A stretch of 45,278 nucleotides of DNA, from NCBI GenBank assembly GCA_937899865.1, contig CALBRH010000023.1, positions 1-45,278 of the forward strand. The letters run 5' to 3'. Positions 27,326 through 37,208 of this stretch are shown one piece after another (the stretch's first letter is position 1; every line of letters begins with the position of its first letter). Under the pieces are notes generated by a model. The model saw nothing but the letters and a program-made list of their open reading frames with translations. It was not told where the DNA came from and ran no database searches. The position numbers and the translations under genes are program-made. The stretch is from an uncultured euryarchaeote. Its GTDB lineage: Archaea; Thermoplasmatota; Poseidoniia; Poseidoniales; Poseidoniaceae.

Positions 27326-29095
27326 TCAAGCATTCATGTCATATGCAAGTAATCTCATGTATGTGCCGTAAATAGTTCCTGATACATGCAGTGATTCTTC
27401 ATTGAAACGATCCATTGTATCTAAGTAGGTATGATATTCCCATGCACCTCCACCATAGCATGAAACTGCGCGACCCACTTTATTTCCTAACTCATAAATA
27501 AACGGACAGTAATCTGAATTACAAGGCATCTCATTTGATTCGCCTTTTGCTCCATCAAGTAAACTGAATCTAATGTCGTATTTGTTAGCAATTTCATTAC
27601 GCTCTTCGGTGTATAGATTAGCGATTCTTTTGATATGTCCATAGTCATCTTCATTATTGGTAAACAGGGTCAATGAATTACCTCGATTTTGGAAATCAGC
27701 ATCTACGTGATTCATATCAAAATTGAGATATAATCTCAAATTGTTTCGCAAACTGTTTTGCATTTCAGCAACATATGCTCTACTGCCCCATAATCCTTCT
27801 TCTTCGCCACCCCAGGTACAGAATTGAATTGTTCGTTCTGGCATACCTGTATTGTTGACTATTTCAGCCAGTTGCCTAGCCATTTCCAGTACTGTTGTTA
27901 CTCCTGAAGTGTCATCAACTGCACCTTCTCCTTGGTATACAGTGTCGTGATGTGCTCCTGCAATAATGACCTCTGAACTTCTACCCTCAATGATTCCGCA
28001 GGGAACGTAGATAGTTCGCTCTTCATCATTGGTCACATCAATAATAAGTTCGATCGATGCAGGTTCTGTAGCATTGATTACTAAGGCTTCAAAAATATCG
28101 CCAGCATCTCTTGACATCGCGATAAATGGAATGTCAGTTGGTATAGTTCCTCCATTTGCCGAGACCAATGCATCATAATTTGTACCCTTGAAAATTGGTA
28201 CGCAGTCATTACCTTCTATCTGTCCACAATTGATTATTTTGTTAACACTGATTATTCCGGCCAAATCATTTTGAGCAGCATAACTATACATCTCAGTATT
28301 ACTAACTCTTGATTCATCCATTCTTACATATCCTAAGGTTCCAGTAGCTGATTGCCAAAGTGCTTCATCTGTACCATTGCCCAAATCAGTTACAGTAATA
28401 TCTTCGTCAAACATATATTGAGATTGACCTGATAATCCTTGAATTACATAATCCACTCTATGTTGGAAAATGGTAACCTGTGAGCCACCAACTTGCCCAA
28501 CAGGGCCGTCACACGGTGAAAAACCTAGACTTCCTTGGACACATAGCCTGAAACTCGGTTCTGAATTTACATGATGCATTGGGACTTCATAACTATACGA
28601 CTGAGCCTCATAACCCATTTCTGACAACCGGTCAAGGATATACAGTGAGGTATTTGCTTCTTCTACTGTACCGCTCATTCTCCCTTCCCAGTCAGGATGG
28701 CCTAATGCTACTAATTCCTCAGCATATATTTTGGTTTGGCTTTGGTCAAAATCAATTAACTGATAATCATAATCATCGCCGAAACCAAGCCAAGCCGGCT
28801 TTAGTATAAGAACAGATGAAATCATTAGAAGAGAAAGACCAATTGCGATTACTGCTCCTAAATTCAAAGGCCCAACAACTTGTGTTTTCATTTTAGCAAA
28901 TATTGCCTCATAACGAGATTCATCTTCAATCAAATCTGCTTCAATTGAGATCATTAACGGTTCTTTAGAATGAGCCATTAAACGCTCAATTAGTTCTGAT
29001 TTTTTTCCTGAAGTGGGTAAACCAAAATTCTCTAATTCCTGCTTAAGTTCAGCGACTAACATATTGTTGTAGTCTGATTGAGACATGAGGAACAC
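27326..29095 (-). CDS. SAP domain - TM - M28 metallopeptidase (with PA-like insert)
   Basis: SAP consensus YNNMLVAELKQELENFGLPTSGKKSELIERL; TM LGAVIAIGLSLLMISSVLIL; M28 zinc and catalytic motifs GAHHD, GAVDDTSG, GEEEGLWGS, NFDM, YHT. Confidence 0.9.
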   Translation of the reverse strand: MFLMSQSDYNNMLVAELKQELENFGLPTSGKKSELIERLMAHSKEPLMISIEADLIEDESRYEAIFAKMKTQVVGPLNLGAVIAIGLSLLMISSVLILKPAWLGFGDDYDYQLIDFDQSQTKIYAEELVALGHPDWEGRMSGTVEEANTSLYILDRLSEMGYEAQSYSYEVPMHHVNSEPSFRLCVQGSLGFSPCDGPVGQVGGSQVTIFQHRVDYVIQGLSGQSQYMFDEDITVTDLGNGTDEALWQSATGTLGYVRMDESRVSNTEMYSYAAQNDLAGIISVNKIINCGQIEGNDCVPIFKGTNYDALVSANGGTIPTDIPFIAMSRDAGDIFEALVINATEPASIELIIDVTNDEERTIYVPCGIIEGRSSEVIIAGAHHDTVYQGEGAVDDTSGVTTVLEMARQLAEIVNNTGMPERTIQFCTWGGEEEGLWGSRAYVAEMQNSLRNNLRLYLNFDMNHVDADFQNRGNSLTLFTNNEDDYGHIKRIANLYTEERNEIANKYDIRFSLLDGAKGESNEMPCNSDYCPFIYELGNKVGRAVSCYGGGAWEYHTYLDTMDRFNEESLHVSGTIYGTYMRLLAYDMNA

Positions 29096-29141
29096 TATGC
29101 CGTAGTCGTTTTACTTCAATAACTCGGCGGTCATTTGTGCA

Positions 29142-29711
29142 TTAAATTTCATCGCCAGTCCATCGCTTGCCAACTTGATGTTCAATATCTAAATGGTCTA
29201 ATATCCTAGCAATGATAAAATCAATCAAGTCATCAACTGATTTCGGATGATTGTAAAATCCAGGCGAGGCTGGAATGATTATTGAGCCCCAAGAAGACAA
29301 CTTGGTCATGTTTTCTAAATGAACAGTAGCGTATGGAGCTTCTCTTGGAACTAGAATCAACTTTCTTCGCTCTTTCATGGCTACAATTGCCGAACGAGTT
29401 ACCAGGTTGTCACTTATTCCAGCAGCCATTTTTCCTAGTGTTGTTCCTGAGCAAGGACAAATTACAACTGCATCAATTTTTGCTGAACCAGAAGCAGATT
29501 TTGCACCAATATTTCCTTCCTCTTCTAAAGTGGAACCAGTTGCTTCAGCTAGTTCTTCTTTTGAAATATTACATTCATGTTGAAGGGTTATTTCTCCAGC
29601 ATTGCTTACAACCAATCTAGTATCTCTACCATGTTGTTGCAAAATCTCCAATAAGCGTTTTCCGTATATTGCACCAGACGCACCAGTGATGGCAACAACA
29701 ATTTCGCCCAT
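29142..29711 (-). CDS. ubiX: Flavin prenyltransferase
   Basis: AITGASG, PCSGTTLGKMAAGISDNLVTRSA, VPREAP, NM, PASPGFY. Confidence 0.96.
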   Translation of the reverse strand: MGEIVVAITGASGAIYGKRLLEILQQHGRDTRLVVSNAGEITLQHECNISKEELAEATGSTLEEEGNIGAKSASGSAKIDAVVICPCSGTTLGKMAAGISDNLVTRSAIVAMKERRKLILVPREAPYATVHLENMTKLSSWGSIIIPASPGFYNHPKSVDDLIDFIIARILDHLDIEHQVGKRWTGDEI

Positions 29712-29750
29712 GTGTCGGGGAGAACATCAATTACTTTTATTGGCTTGTTT

Positions 29751-30941
29751 TTAATTTAATGCTAAATTAAGTGATTTATCCAATGCTTCAACTGCTAATT
29801 CAAACTGTTTTGGTTCTATAGACCATGCTACTCGAACCCATGAAATCATTTTCTCGCTGAACATTGAACCTGGTACTGCCAATAAGTCATTGGCTTTACA
29901 GAAGTGATCTACAAAATATTCTGAATTGATGTTATTCGGCAATTCAAAACATCCAAACACTCCTGCTGGAGGTTCATTCCAAACAATGCCATGTTTTTGT
30001 AAAACACTGCGTAGGATAGGTAGGTTCGCTCTACGGTATTCTTCGACTGCATCATCTACAGTGTCTAATCGTTTCATGACTTTAGCAGCAATCCTCATAG
30101 TTGGACTTGACATTACGCCTGAAAAAGTCATGAATATGCTTCTTGCGATTGCTATTGTTTCTTTCTCTGCAATAAGCCATCCAAATCTTATAGAACCTAA
30201 GGAATAAACTTTTGTTAATGAGTTAATAGAGATGCAATTATCTCCAAAACTATGTATTGATCGATAATTTTCTTTGTGTCTATATGCATCGTTGTAAGCC
30301 TCGTCAGCAATAACAATTACATCATTTATTCTGGATTGCTCAATAATCCAATCCATATCTTCGGGATGTAAATTCCAACCACATGGATTGGAAATAGGAG
30401 TTATCATAATTATGTGAGATTTCTCAATTGCTGCTTGCCACTCAGAGTAATCTATTCTCCAGTGACCAATACCATCAGTTGGTGGAGATTTGTCAATTCT
30501 AATTACTTCATCTGCCAGAATCAATGCTGTTTGAGGTATTGGCGCATAGGTTGGTGATTCGACAGCTACGGTTATTTTGCCATTGACATTATCTCTAATT
30601 TTAGCTATTGCAGTCAATAATGCGATGTTGATACCTTGAGTTGCACCATTTGTGATCAATACATTTTCAAGTTCAACATTTTCTCGATTAGCAATAGTTT
30701 CTCTTGGGTCTTCGATGTCACCAAAGAATGTTTTCCCAAGTTTATCGACACTCTCGCCTAATAACTCGGTAAAGTCCCAATCAAATTGCATTCCACTAAA
30801 TGAAAGATTATGTTTCCTTTCCTCTTGTAGCCTCGGTATGTACCATTCAAGATAGTCGATTGGGGCTACTGAATTTTCAAAACCTTCTCGAGTAAACCTT
30901 GGCCAATATCGAGTCATAGACATCGCATTATCTCTAATCAA
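29751..30941 (-). CDS. PLP-dependent aminotransferase, class I/II fold
   Basis: ITNGATQG, ESPTYAP, ISNPCG, ADEAY, PLP lysine in SLTKVYSLGSIRFGW. Substrate not assignable. Confidence 0.9.
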   Translation of the reverse strand: MIRDNAMSMTRYWPRFTREGFENSVAPIDYLEWYIPRLQEERKHNLSFSGMQFDWDFTELLGESVDKLGKTFFGDIEDPRETIANRENVELENVLITNGATQGINIALLTAIAKIRDNVNGKITVAVESPTYAPIPQTALILADEVIRIDKSPPTDGIGHWRIDYSEWQAAIEKSHIIMITPISNPCGWNLHPEDMDWIIEQSRINDVIVIADEAYNDAYRHKENYRSIHSFGDNCISINSLTKVYSLGSIRFGWLIAEKETIAIARSIFMTFSGVMSSPTMRIAAKVMKRLDTVDDAVEEYRRANLPILRSVLQKHGIVWNEPPAGVFGCFELPNNINSEYFVDHFCKANDLLAVPGSMFSEKMISWVRVAWSIEPKQFELAVEALDKSLNLALN

Positions 30942-30971
30942 TTATTTTTTGTCATCAATTTAGTTGAATAA

Positions 30972-31607
30972 TTATTCTACTGTTCTTCCCATTAAATCAC
31001 TCATATTGTCAATAAGAAGTTGAACGATTTGTTGTTTTTCAACATTATATCCTAATTTGCTTAAACAAGTTGTAGTTGCTGCACCCAATCCACAACCAGA
31101 TAGATTCTCAACTCTATGCCCGGGTGTATTGATGTTAATGGTAAATCCGTGCCTTGAAGTCCATCTAAGGAAAGACAGCCCTATACTACATATTTTGTAC
31201 CCGTCAACCCAAACTCCTTGCATTCTTGAATCCCTTTCAGCCGGTATTGCAAGGCCCTTTAGACATTCAATTACCCATTCTTCGATTTTTCTAATTATTG
31301 TTGCAACCGAATCTTCTCCCTCTAAATCCCACTTGAATATCGGGTAACATACTATTTGACCTGGTCCATGCCACGTTAGGCCACCACCTCGATCGACGGG
31401 AAAAGTTTCGTATCCAGGAGGGGCAGAAATGCCATCATTTCTTGCTCTTGGACCAACTGTAACAATTTCAGGATGTTCTAGGATGAGCATTGTGTCTAAT
31501 ATCTCATCATTTATCCTCTGTTGTTGTAACTTTTTCATCAGTTCAATAGCCAAATGATATTCTACAATGCCCTCAAAGCGAATATCGACATGACGGCTAC
31601 CGGTCAT
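30972..31607 (-). CDS. lipB: Lipoyl(octanoyl) transferase
   Basis: LEHPEIVTVG, VDRGGGLTWHGPGQIVCYPI, GVWV, KICSIG, HGFTIN, CGL. Confidence 0.95.
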   Translation of the reverse strand: MTGSRHVDIRFEGIVEYHLAIELMKKLQQQRINDEILDTMLILEHPEIVTVGPRARNDGISAPPGYETFPVDRGGGLTWHGPGQIVCYPIFKWDLEGEDSVATIIRKIEEWVIECLKGLAIPAERDSRMQGVWVDGYKICSIGLSFLRWTSRHGFTININTPGHRVENLSGCGLGAATTTCLSKLGYNVEKQQIVQLLIDNMSDLMGRTVE

Positions 31608-31641
31608 GATTAAGCCAATAGAAACAGCATCATAGAGTTAA

Positions 31642-32937
31642 TCAAAAGTCAAATTCTATTGATTTCACATCGGTTCTTCCTGCTTTGTAAGCCTCAATTG
31701 CCGCTTTAGCAATTGCTTTAGGGTCATTAATTACTTGTTTGTCAATTTTGTCTCCATTGAATAAAGCATCTCCAACCAATACGGAATCCATCAGTGAAAG
31801 GTTCTTCTCACCAGGAGTCTCGCTTTGTTTGACGATTCTCTCCATGTCTACAGAAAGTGCTTGTATTGTTTCTAATTCTAGAGCCTTCTTTTCTAACTCT
31901 ATTTCTAAGTTAGAAACTTTTTCACGAGTCTCGTTTAATTGAACTCTTAGCATCTCAGATTCTATTCTTGTCGCACGCATTTCATTGGCTAATTCCTTTA
32001 GAACGTCTCTTGCAGAAGTGGGCTTATTACTGTCATTTCTTGGAGTTGAAACCTCTTGACTAGTCATTGTTTGTGGAATTGCTATATGTTCAGTTTCACC
32101 AGGGTATGTTGCGGACAAATAACTCACTGAATAATGCCCTGAAATGTTGAATCCAAGCGCCATTACAGCAAGCAATAAAGCTTCATCATTATGCCTAACA
32201 CTCATGCTAAAGTTAGAATCAATTTGGTAGAAAAAATCAAAGAAACTCATCATTGTTATGATTGAAATTAATGCAGAAAAGAAGTAGATGACAAATATTC
32301 TTCGACTATCTTTCCCGCTAGGTTTTGATGCAGGGACAGGATTTGGCATGGTAATCCTGCCTTCTATTACCCCTCTAGGATCATTAGCTAATTGTCTAAT
32401 TATTGGCCGTAATTTTTCCTCTACTGCATGAAGACTTTGCAAGTGTTGTTTTCTTCTTTTATTTGCTAATCTAAAACCAGACATAATGACTGTCCCTCCT
32501 AATAGGTAGTATAGCCAAAACCAAGGACCGTTTGGAGAGTTGCCATGATTTAGTTGATTGCCGATGTCAAATCCTATGCCCACCTCTGAATTCATTAGAA
32601 AACCATCAATCTGCTTGGCTAAATCTTCTGAAGTAAATTCTTCAAATGTACATCTATACTTATTCGTGTGTTTTTGCTGATTGCATTTCTCGTTTTCATA
32701 TGCAGCGATATTTTCTGAATAGTCAATTAGTGTATTTACTGCTACGAACATAATGGTTAGAATAATACATTTGGCAAGCAAGACTCCTACTCCACTAGGT
32801 GGTTTGTTAAAACGTTGATTTTGATTGATTGTTCTTGTTGTTCGCTGTCTTTTTGGTCGAAATACGTAAATCATTAATAGTAGTATAACAAATATGACAA
32901 TTTTGTCTAATTCTTGAATATGTATTTTCCCAGCCAT
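31642..32937 (-). CDS. Hypothetical multi-TM protein with C-terminal coiled coil
   Basis: 431 aa ORF with about 5 hydrophobic helices, a long heptad region (ARDVLKELANEM...ERIVKQ) and tail DSVLVGD...NDPKAIAKAAIEAYK. Confidence 0.75.
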   Translation of the reverse strand: MAGKIHIQELDKIVIFVILLLMIYVFRPKRQRTTRTINQNQRFNKPPSGVGVLLAKCIILTIMFVAVNTLIDYSENIAAYENEKCNQQKHTNKYRCTFEEFTSEDLAKQIDGFLMNSEVGIGFDIGNQLNHGNSPNGPWFWLYYLLGGTVIMSGFRLANKRRKQHLQSLHAVEEKLRPIIRQLANDPRGVIEGRITMPNPVPASKPSGKDSRRIFVIYFFSALISIITMMSFFDFFYQIDSNFSMSVRHNDEALLLAVMALGFNISGHYSVSYLSATYPGETEHIAIPQTMTSQEVSTPRNDSNKPTSARDVLKELANEMRATRIESEMLRVQLNETREKVSNLEIELEKKALELETIQALSVDMERIVKQSETPGEKNLSLMDSVLVGDALFNGDKIDKQVINDPKAIAKAAIEAYKAGRTDVKSIEFDF

Positions 32938-32983
32938 TATGTATCAATTGTTAATTTGTTTTTGTTAGTACTTAAAACAAATG

Positions 32984-33433
32984 CTAAAATCTTCCAGAAG
33001 AGCCAAATCCACCAGTACCTCTGTCAGTAGTTCCTAATTGTTCAAAATCTCTTTCAACAAATTTAACGCTTGGAACTCTAGAGAATAGTAATTGAGCAAC
33101 TCTTTCACCTTTTTGAACAACAAATTCATCGCCTTCGCCAATCCATGTGGCAAGTACCATCAATTCGCCACGGTAGTCTGAATCAATAGTTCCTATGCCA
33201 TTTGGCATAATCATGCCCTTTTTTCCTAATGATGATCTACATCTTATTTGCCCTTCCCAACCAAGTGGAATAGCTATTGCTAATCCAGTTTTTATCATTG
33301 AACTTGTATTTCGCTTGACAATAGTTTCTTCCAACGCATACAAATCCCATCCGGCTGCTTGTGGTGAGCCTTGGGTTGGAATTATTGCTTCGGAATTTAA
33401 TTTGGCAAATTCAATGATTAAATCACTTGTCAT
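32984..33433 (-). CDS. dut: Trimeric dUTP diphosphatase
   Basis: All five motifs: AGWDL, RSSLG, GTIDSDYRGE, RVAQL, RGTGGFGSSG. Confidence 0.96.
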   Translation of the reverse strand: MTSDLIIEFAKLNSEAIIPTQGSPQAAGWDLYALEETIVKRNTSSMIKTGLAIAIPLGWEGQIRCRSSLGKKGMIMPNGIGTIDSDYRGELMVLATWIGEGDEFVVQKGERVAQLLFSRVPSVKFVERDFEQLGTTDRGTGGFGSSGRF

Positions 33434-33703
33434 ATATCTGCCATATGTTCTCGGTTATTGACAATTGCTAAGTATAATTTTACTTACTTAGTTCAGTGGA
33501 AACAAAGGAATAAAATAGAGCAAAATTTGGCTTATAATGTTGACTATTTACGGGAAGTATTTTTATGAACAATTTCGCATCACTAAGTCAAAATCTCCCC
33601 GTTGAGATTGTTGCAATAAAATCCATATTTCCACAGGAAATAATAGAGGTAGTATTATACACCTCATTGGCCGAGAAGAAACTCCAGCACGATTCGAGAT
33701 TAT

Positions 33704-33711
33704 GGAGGTGA
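33704..33711 (+). promoter_or_regulatory. Strong Shine-Dalgarno site of nrdB
   Basis: GGAGGTGA is exactly complementary to the 16S tail TCACCTCC seen at the start of this window, and lies 4 nt before ATG 33716. Confidence 0.85.
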
Positions 33712-33715
33712 GAGT

Positions 33716-34756
33716 ATGGTAATTGACCACAGTATAAAAACATCAGAAGAAGTAGAAATAGATTTATCACAAGAACACATAGAACCTATGCTTAAAGAAG
33801 CTCCAGAAAGATTTGTTTTATTCCCTATCGAACATTCCGATATTTGGGAAATGTACAAACTACACGCTGCATCATTTTGGACTGCTGAAGAAATCGATTT
33901 GGCTGAGGATGCTAAAGATTGGAAAAGCCTCAATGACAACGAACGCCATTTCTTAAAGCACGTTCTAGCATTTTTTGCGGCAAGCGACGGTATCGTTAAC
34001 GAGAATCTAGTAACTAATTTTGCCGATGAAGTCCAATGGGCTGAAGCTCGTTGTTTCTATGGATTCCAAATAATGATGGAAAACATACATGCCGAGACTT
34101 ATTCATTATTGATCGACACTTACATTAGTGACACCGACGAAAAGAATCACTTGTTCAATGCACTCGAAACAGTACCTTCAGTGCGAAAGAAAGGTGCATG
34201 GGCATTGAAGTGGTTGTCCAGAAAGAAGGGTTCATTTGCTCAGAGGTTAGTAGCATTTGCCGCAGTAGAGGGGATTTTCTTCTCAGGCTCATTCTGTGCT
34301 ATATTTTGGTTGAAAAAGCGAGGATTAATGCCAGGTTTAACCTTCTCAAACGAATTAATTTCACGAGATGAAGGTTTACATTGTGACTTTGCTTGTCTTC
34401 TTCATAGTAAGTTGATTAAAGGCGCAGGAGAGAATGTAATTCATCGAATCATTGCAGAAGCAGTTGAGATAGAGATTGAATTTGTAACTACAGCACTTCC
34501 AGTTGAGTTAATCGGGATGAATGCTGGTTTGATGAAACAATACATCGAGTTTGTTGCAGATAGATTATTGGTATCTCTTGGTGCATCTAAATTGTATAAT
34601 GTTTCCAACCCATTCCCATGGATGGAGATGATTTCTATGCAAGGCAAAACCAACTTCTTTGAGAAGCGAGTTGGCGAATATCAGAAATCTGGTGTTAAAG
34701 ATGGCGCAACCCTTGGAAGCGTCCAACAACGCTTCTCAGTAGACGAAGACTTTTGA
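33716..34756 (+). CDS. nrdB: Class Ia ribonucleotide reductase beta subunit (eukaryote/Bacteroidota-like R2)
   Basis: [33 protein letters not shown] (radical Tyr), [24 protein letters not shown]-terminal FSVDEDF. Confidence 0.98.
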   Translation: MVIDHSIKTSEEVEIDLSQEHIEPMLKEAPERFVLFPIEHSDIWEMYKLHAASFWTAEEIDLAEDAKDWKSLNDNERHFLKHVLAFFAASDGIVNENLVTNFADEVQWAEARCFYGFQIMMENIHAETYSLLIDTYISDTDEKNHLFNALETVPSVRKKGAWALKWLSRKKGSFAQRLVAFAAVEGIFFSGSFCAIFWLKKRGLMPGLTFSNELISRDEGLHCDFACLLHSKLIKGAGENVIHRIIAEAVEIEIEFVTTALPVELIGMNAGLMKQYIEFVADRLLVSLGASKLYNVSNPFPWMEMISMQGKTNFFEKRVGEYQKSGVKDGATLGSVQQRFSVDEDF

Positions 34757-34817
34757 ACCGTACGCGATGGAGTGAAGATACTGCGAAATTCAACAAAGAG
34801 ACACAGGGGGGCAAAAA

Positions 34818-37208
34818 ATGACCATGCAAGTAGTAAATAGAAAAGGCGAGAGAGAAGATGTTAGGTTTGATGCTATCCTTGAAAAATTGTCAAGTTTGAC
34901 AGATGGTCTTGATACGGATTGGGTTGATGCAGCAAATTTGACCAAACTTACTATCGAAGGCCTCTACGATGGTGTTACTACAAGAGAGCTAGATCAACTT
35001 GCAGCCGAGACCGCAGCTTCTTTGGCCTCCCACCATCCCGATTACAGCAAGTTGGCTGCTAGGATTTGTGTAGATGATTTGCATCGTTCAACAAAGGAAT
35101 CATTTTCAGAAGTAGTAACTGACTTAAGAGAATTCATTGATCCAGAATCGGGCGCACATGCACCATTAATTTCTGAAGAAGTCTATGAAATTATAATGGC
35201 TAATAAAGAAAAGCTGGATAATTACATTGACTATGGAAGAGATTTCAGTTATGATTACTTTGGTTTCAAGACTTTGGAGCGTTCATATCTACTGAAATTA
35301 AATGGTGAAGTCGCAGAAAGACCTCAACATATGTTGATGAGAGTCGCTGTTGGAATTCATCATGGAGATATTGAAAAGGCACTCGAGACTTATGATTTAA
35401 TGAGCCAAGGATACTTTACTCATGCAACTCCTACCCTGTTTAATTCTGGAACACCAACTCCTCAGATGTCTTCTTGTTTCTTGTTGACAATGCAAGATGA
35501 TTCCTTAGTTGGCATTTATGATACGCTAAAGCAATGCGCTCTTATCTCAAAGTCTGCAGGTGGTATTGGTCTTTCAATCCATCACATTCGTTCAAAGGGA
35601 TCTTACATCAAAGGTACCAATGGTGAAAGCAACGGTATTGTGCCTATGCTAAGAGTTTTCAATGATACTGCACGATATGTAGACCAAGGTGGCGGCAAGA
35701 GAAAAGGTTCCATTGCAATTTATCTTGAACCATGGCATCCGGATATTATCCAGTTCCTTGACTTGAGGAAGAATCACGGTAAGGAAGAACTACGTGCAAG
35801 AGATTTGTTCTATGCATTGTGGACTCCAGATTTGTTCATGGAGAGAGTAGAACAAAATGCAGATTGGTCATTTTTCTGCCCGAATGAATGTCCTGGATTA
35901 CAAGATGCTTATGGTGAAGAGTTCAAACAACTATACGAATCATATGAGGCGCAAGGACTTGCCAGAGAAACAATTCCAGCAAGAACTGTTTGGGACAAAG
36001 TAGTCGAGGCTCAAATTGAGACAGGAACTCCATACATGCTGTACAAAGATTCTGCAAACATGAAGTCAAATCAAAAGAATTTAGGAACAATACGTTCTTC
36101 AAACCTTTGTACTGAGATCATGGAATATACTTCTAAGGATGAAGTAGCAGTATGCAATCTTGCTTCTATTGCTCTTCCAACTTATGTCAATAATGAAACC
36201 AAGCAATTTGATTTCCAAAAGTTGTATGATGTAACTTATCATGTAACAGGCAATCTAAATCGAGTTATCGATGTAAATTATTATCCTGTTGAAGAAGCAA
36301 GAAACTCAAACATGAGGCATCGGCCAATAGGTCTTGGTGTTCAAGGGCTAGCAGATACTTTCGCAATGCTCGGTATGTATTTTGAATCAGATGAAGCAAA
36401 AGCATTGAACAAGGAGATTTTTGAAACAATTTACTTTGCAGCATGTACCGCTTCAAAGGACGCTGCTATAGTAGATGGTCCATACTCAAGTTTCAAGGGC
36501 TCTCCAGCAAGTAAAGGTCTGTTACAATTTGATTTGTGGGATATGAATGAGCACAGCGGAAGATGGGATTGGGATTCTCTAAAGCAAGAAATCGTAGAAC
36601 ACGGTATGAGAAATTCTCTTCTGTTAGCTCCAATGCCAACTGCAAGCACTTCACAAATATTAGGTAACAACGAATGTTTTGAAGCATTCACTTCTAACTT
36701 GTATGTTAGAAGAACTCTATCTGGTGAATTCGTAGTTACTAACAAGCACTTGATTAAAGATTTGATAGACATTGGTCTTTGGAGCCTTGAGATGAAAGAT
36801 GAGATTCTAAGACATAAGGGTTCAATTCAAGCAATTGCAGGAATCCCTGAACATATTAAGCAACTTTACAAGACAACATGGGAAATCAAGCAGAAGAATG
36901 TTATTGATATGGCTGCTGACAGAGGCGCATATATTGACCAAAGTCAATCGATGAATATTCACATGATTGATGCCAATGCAGCAAAGGTAACTTCAATGCA
37001 CTTCTATGGCTGGAGAAAAGGGCTCAAGACTGGAATGTATTACTTGAGAACCAAGGCAGCAGCAGATGCTATCCAATTCACCGTCGAACAAAAGAAAGCG
37101 CAAGATCAAACTGTATCTGGATTAGCTGATAGAGCCGAAATAAGTAGTATGGATGAGATTGCATGTAGTTTAGACAGTCCTGATGATTGTCTAAGTTGCG
37201 GTTCTTGA
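34818..37208 (+). CDS. nrdA: Class Ia ribonucleotide reductase alpha subunit with ATP cone
   Basis: N-terminal ATP cone (VVNRKG...FDAILEKL), [35 protein letters not shown]-terminal CLSCGS. Confidence 0.98.
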   Translation: MTMQVVNRKGEREDVRFDAILEKLSSLTDGLDTDWVDAANLTKLTIEGLYDGVTTRELDQLAAETAASLASHHPDYSKLAARICVDDLHRSTKESFSEVVTDLREFIDPESGAHAPLISEEVYEIIMANKEKLDNYIDYGRDFSYDYFGFKTLERSYLLKLNGEVAERPQHMLMRVAVGIHHGDIEKALETYDLMSQGYFTHATPTLFNSGTPTPQMSSCFLLTMQDDSLVGIYDTLKQCALISKSAGGIGLSIHHIRSKGSYIKGTNGESNGIVPMLRVFNDTARYVDQGGGKRKGSIAIYLEPWHPDIIQFLDLRKNHGKEELRARDLFYALWTPDLFMERVEQNADWSFFCPNECPGLQDAYGEEFKQLYESYEAQGLARETIPARTVWDKVVEAQIETGTPYMLYKDSANMKSNQKNLGTIRSSNLCTEIMEYTSKDEVAVCNLASIALPTYVNNETKQFDFQKLYDVTYHVTGNLNRVIDVNYYPVEEARNSNMRHRPIGLGVQGLADTFAMLGMYFESDEAKALNKEIFETIYFAACTASKDAAIVDGPYSSFKGSPASKGLLQFDLWDMNEHSGRWDWDSLKQEIVEHGMRNSLLLAPMPTASTSQILGNNECFEAFTSNLYVRRTLSGEFVVTNKHLIKDLIDIGLWSLEMKDEILRHKGSIQAIAGIPEHIKQLYKTTWEIKQKNVIDMAADRGAYIDQSQSMNIHMIDANAAKVTSMHFYGWRKGLKTGMYYLRTKAAADAIQFTVEQKKAQDQTVSGLADRAEISSMDEIACSLDSPDDCLSCGS

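Noticed and set aside
33458-33478. TTGACA and TATAAT resembling a sigma70 promoter
   Set aside because: The spacer is only 9 nt (about 17 needed) and the host is an archaeon.
32984-37208. dut + nrdAB as a provirus or viral contig
   Set aside because: No capsid, terminase, portal or polymerase genes; the flanks are housekeeping genes with the same style of SD sites and packing.
34818-37208. Intein or intron in nrdA/nrdB (common insertion sites)
   Set aside because: Both proteins have normal lengths and continuous motifs, with no C/S...HN splice junctions or LAGLIDADG blocks.
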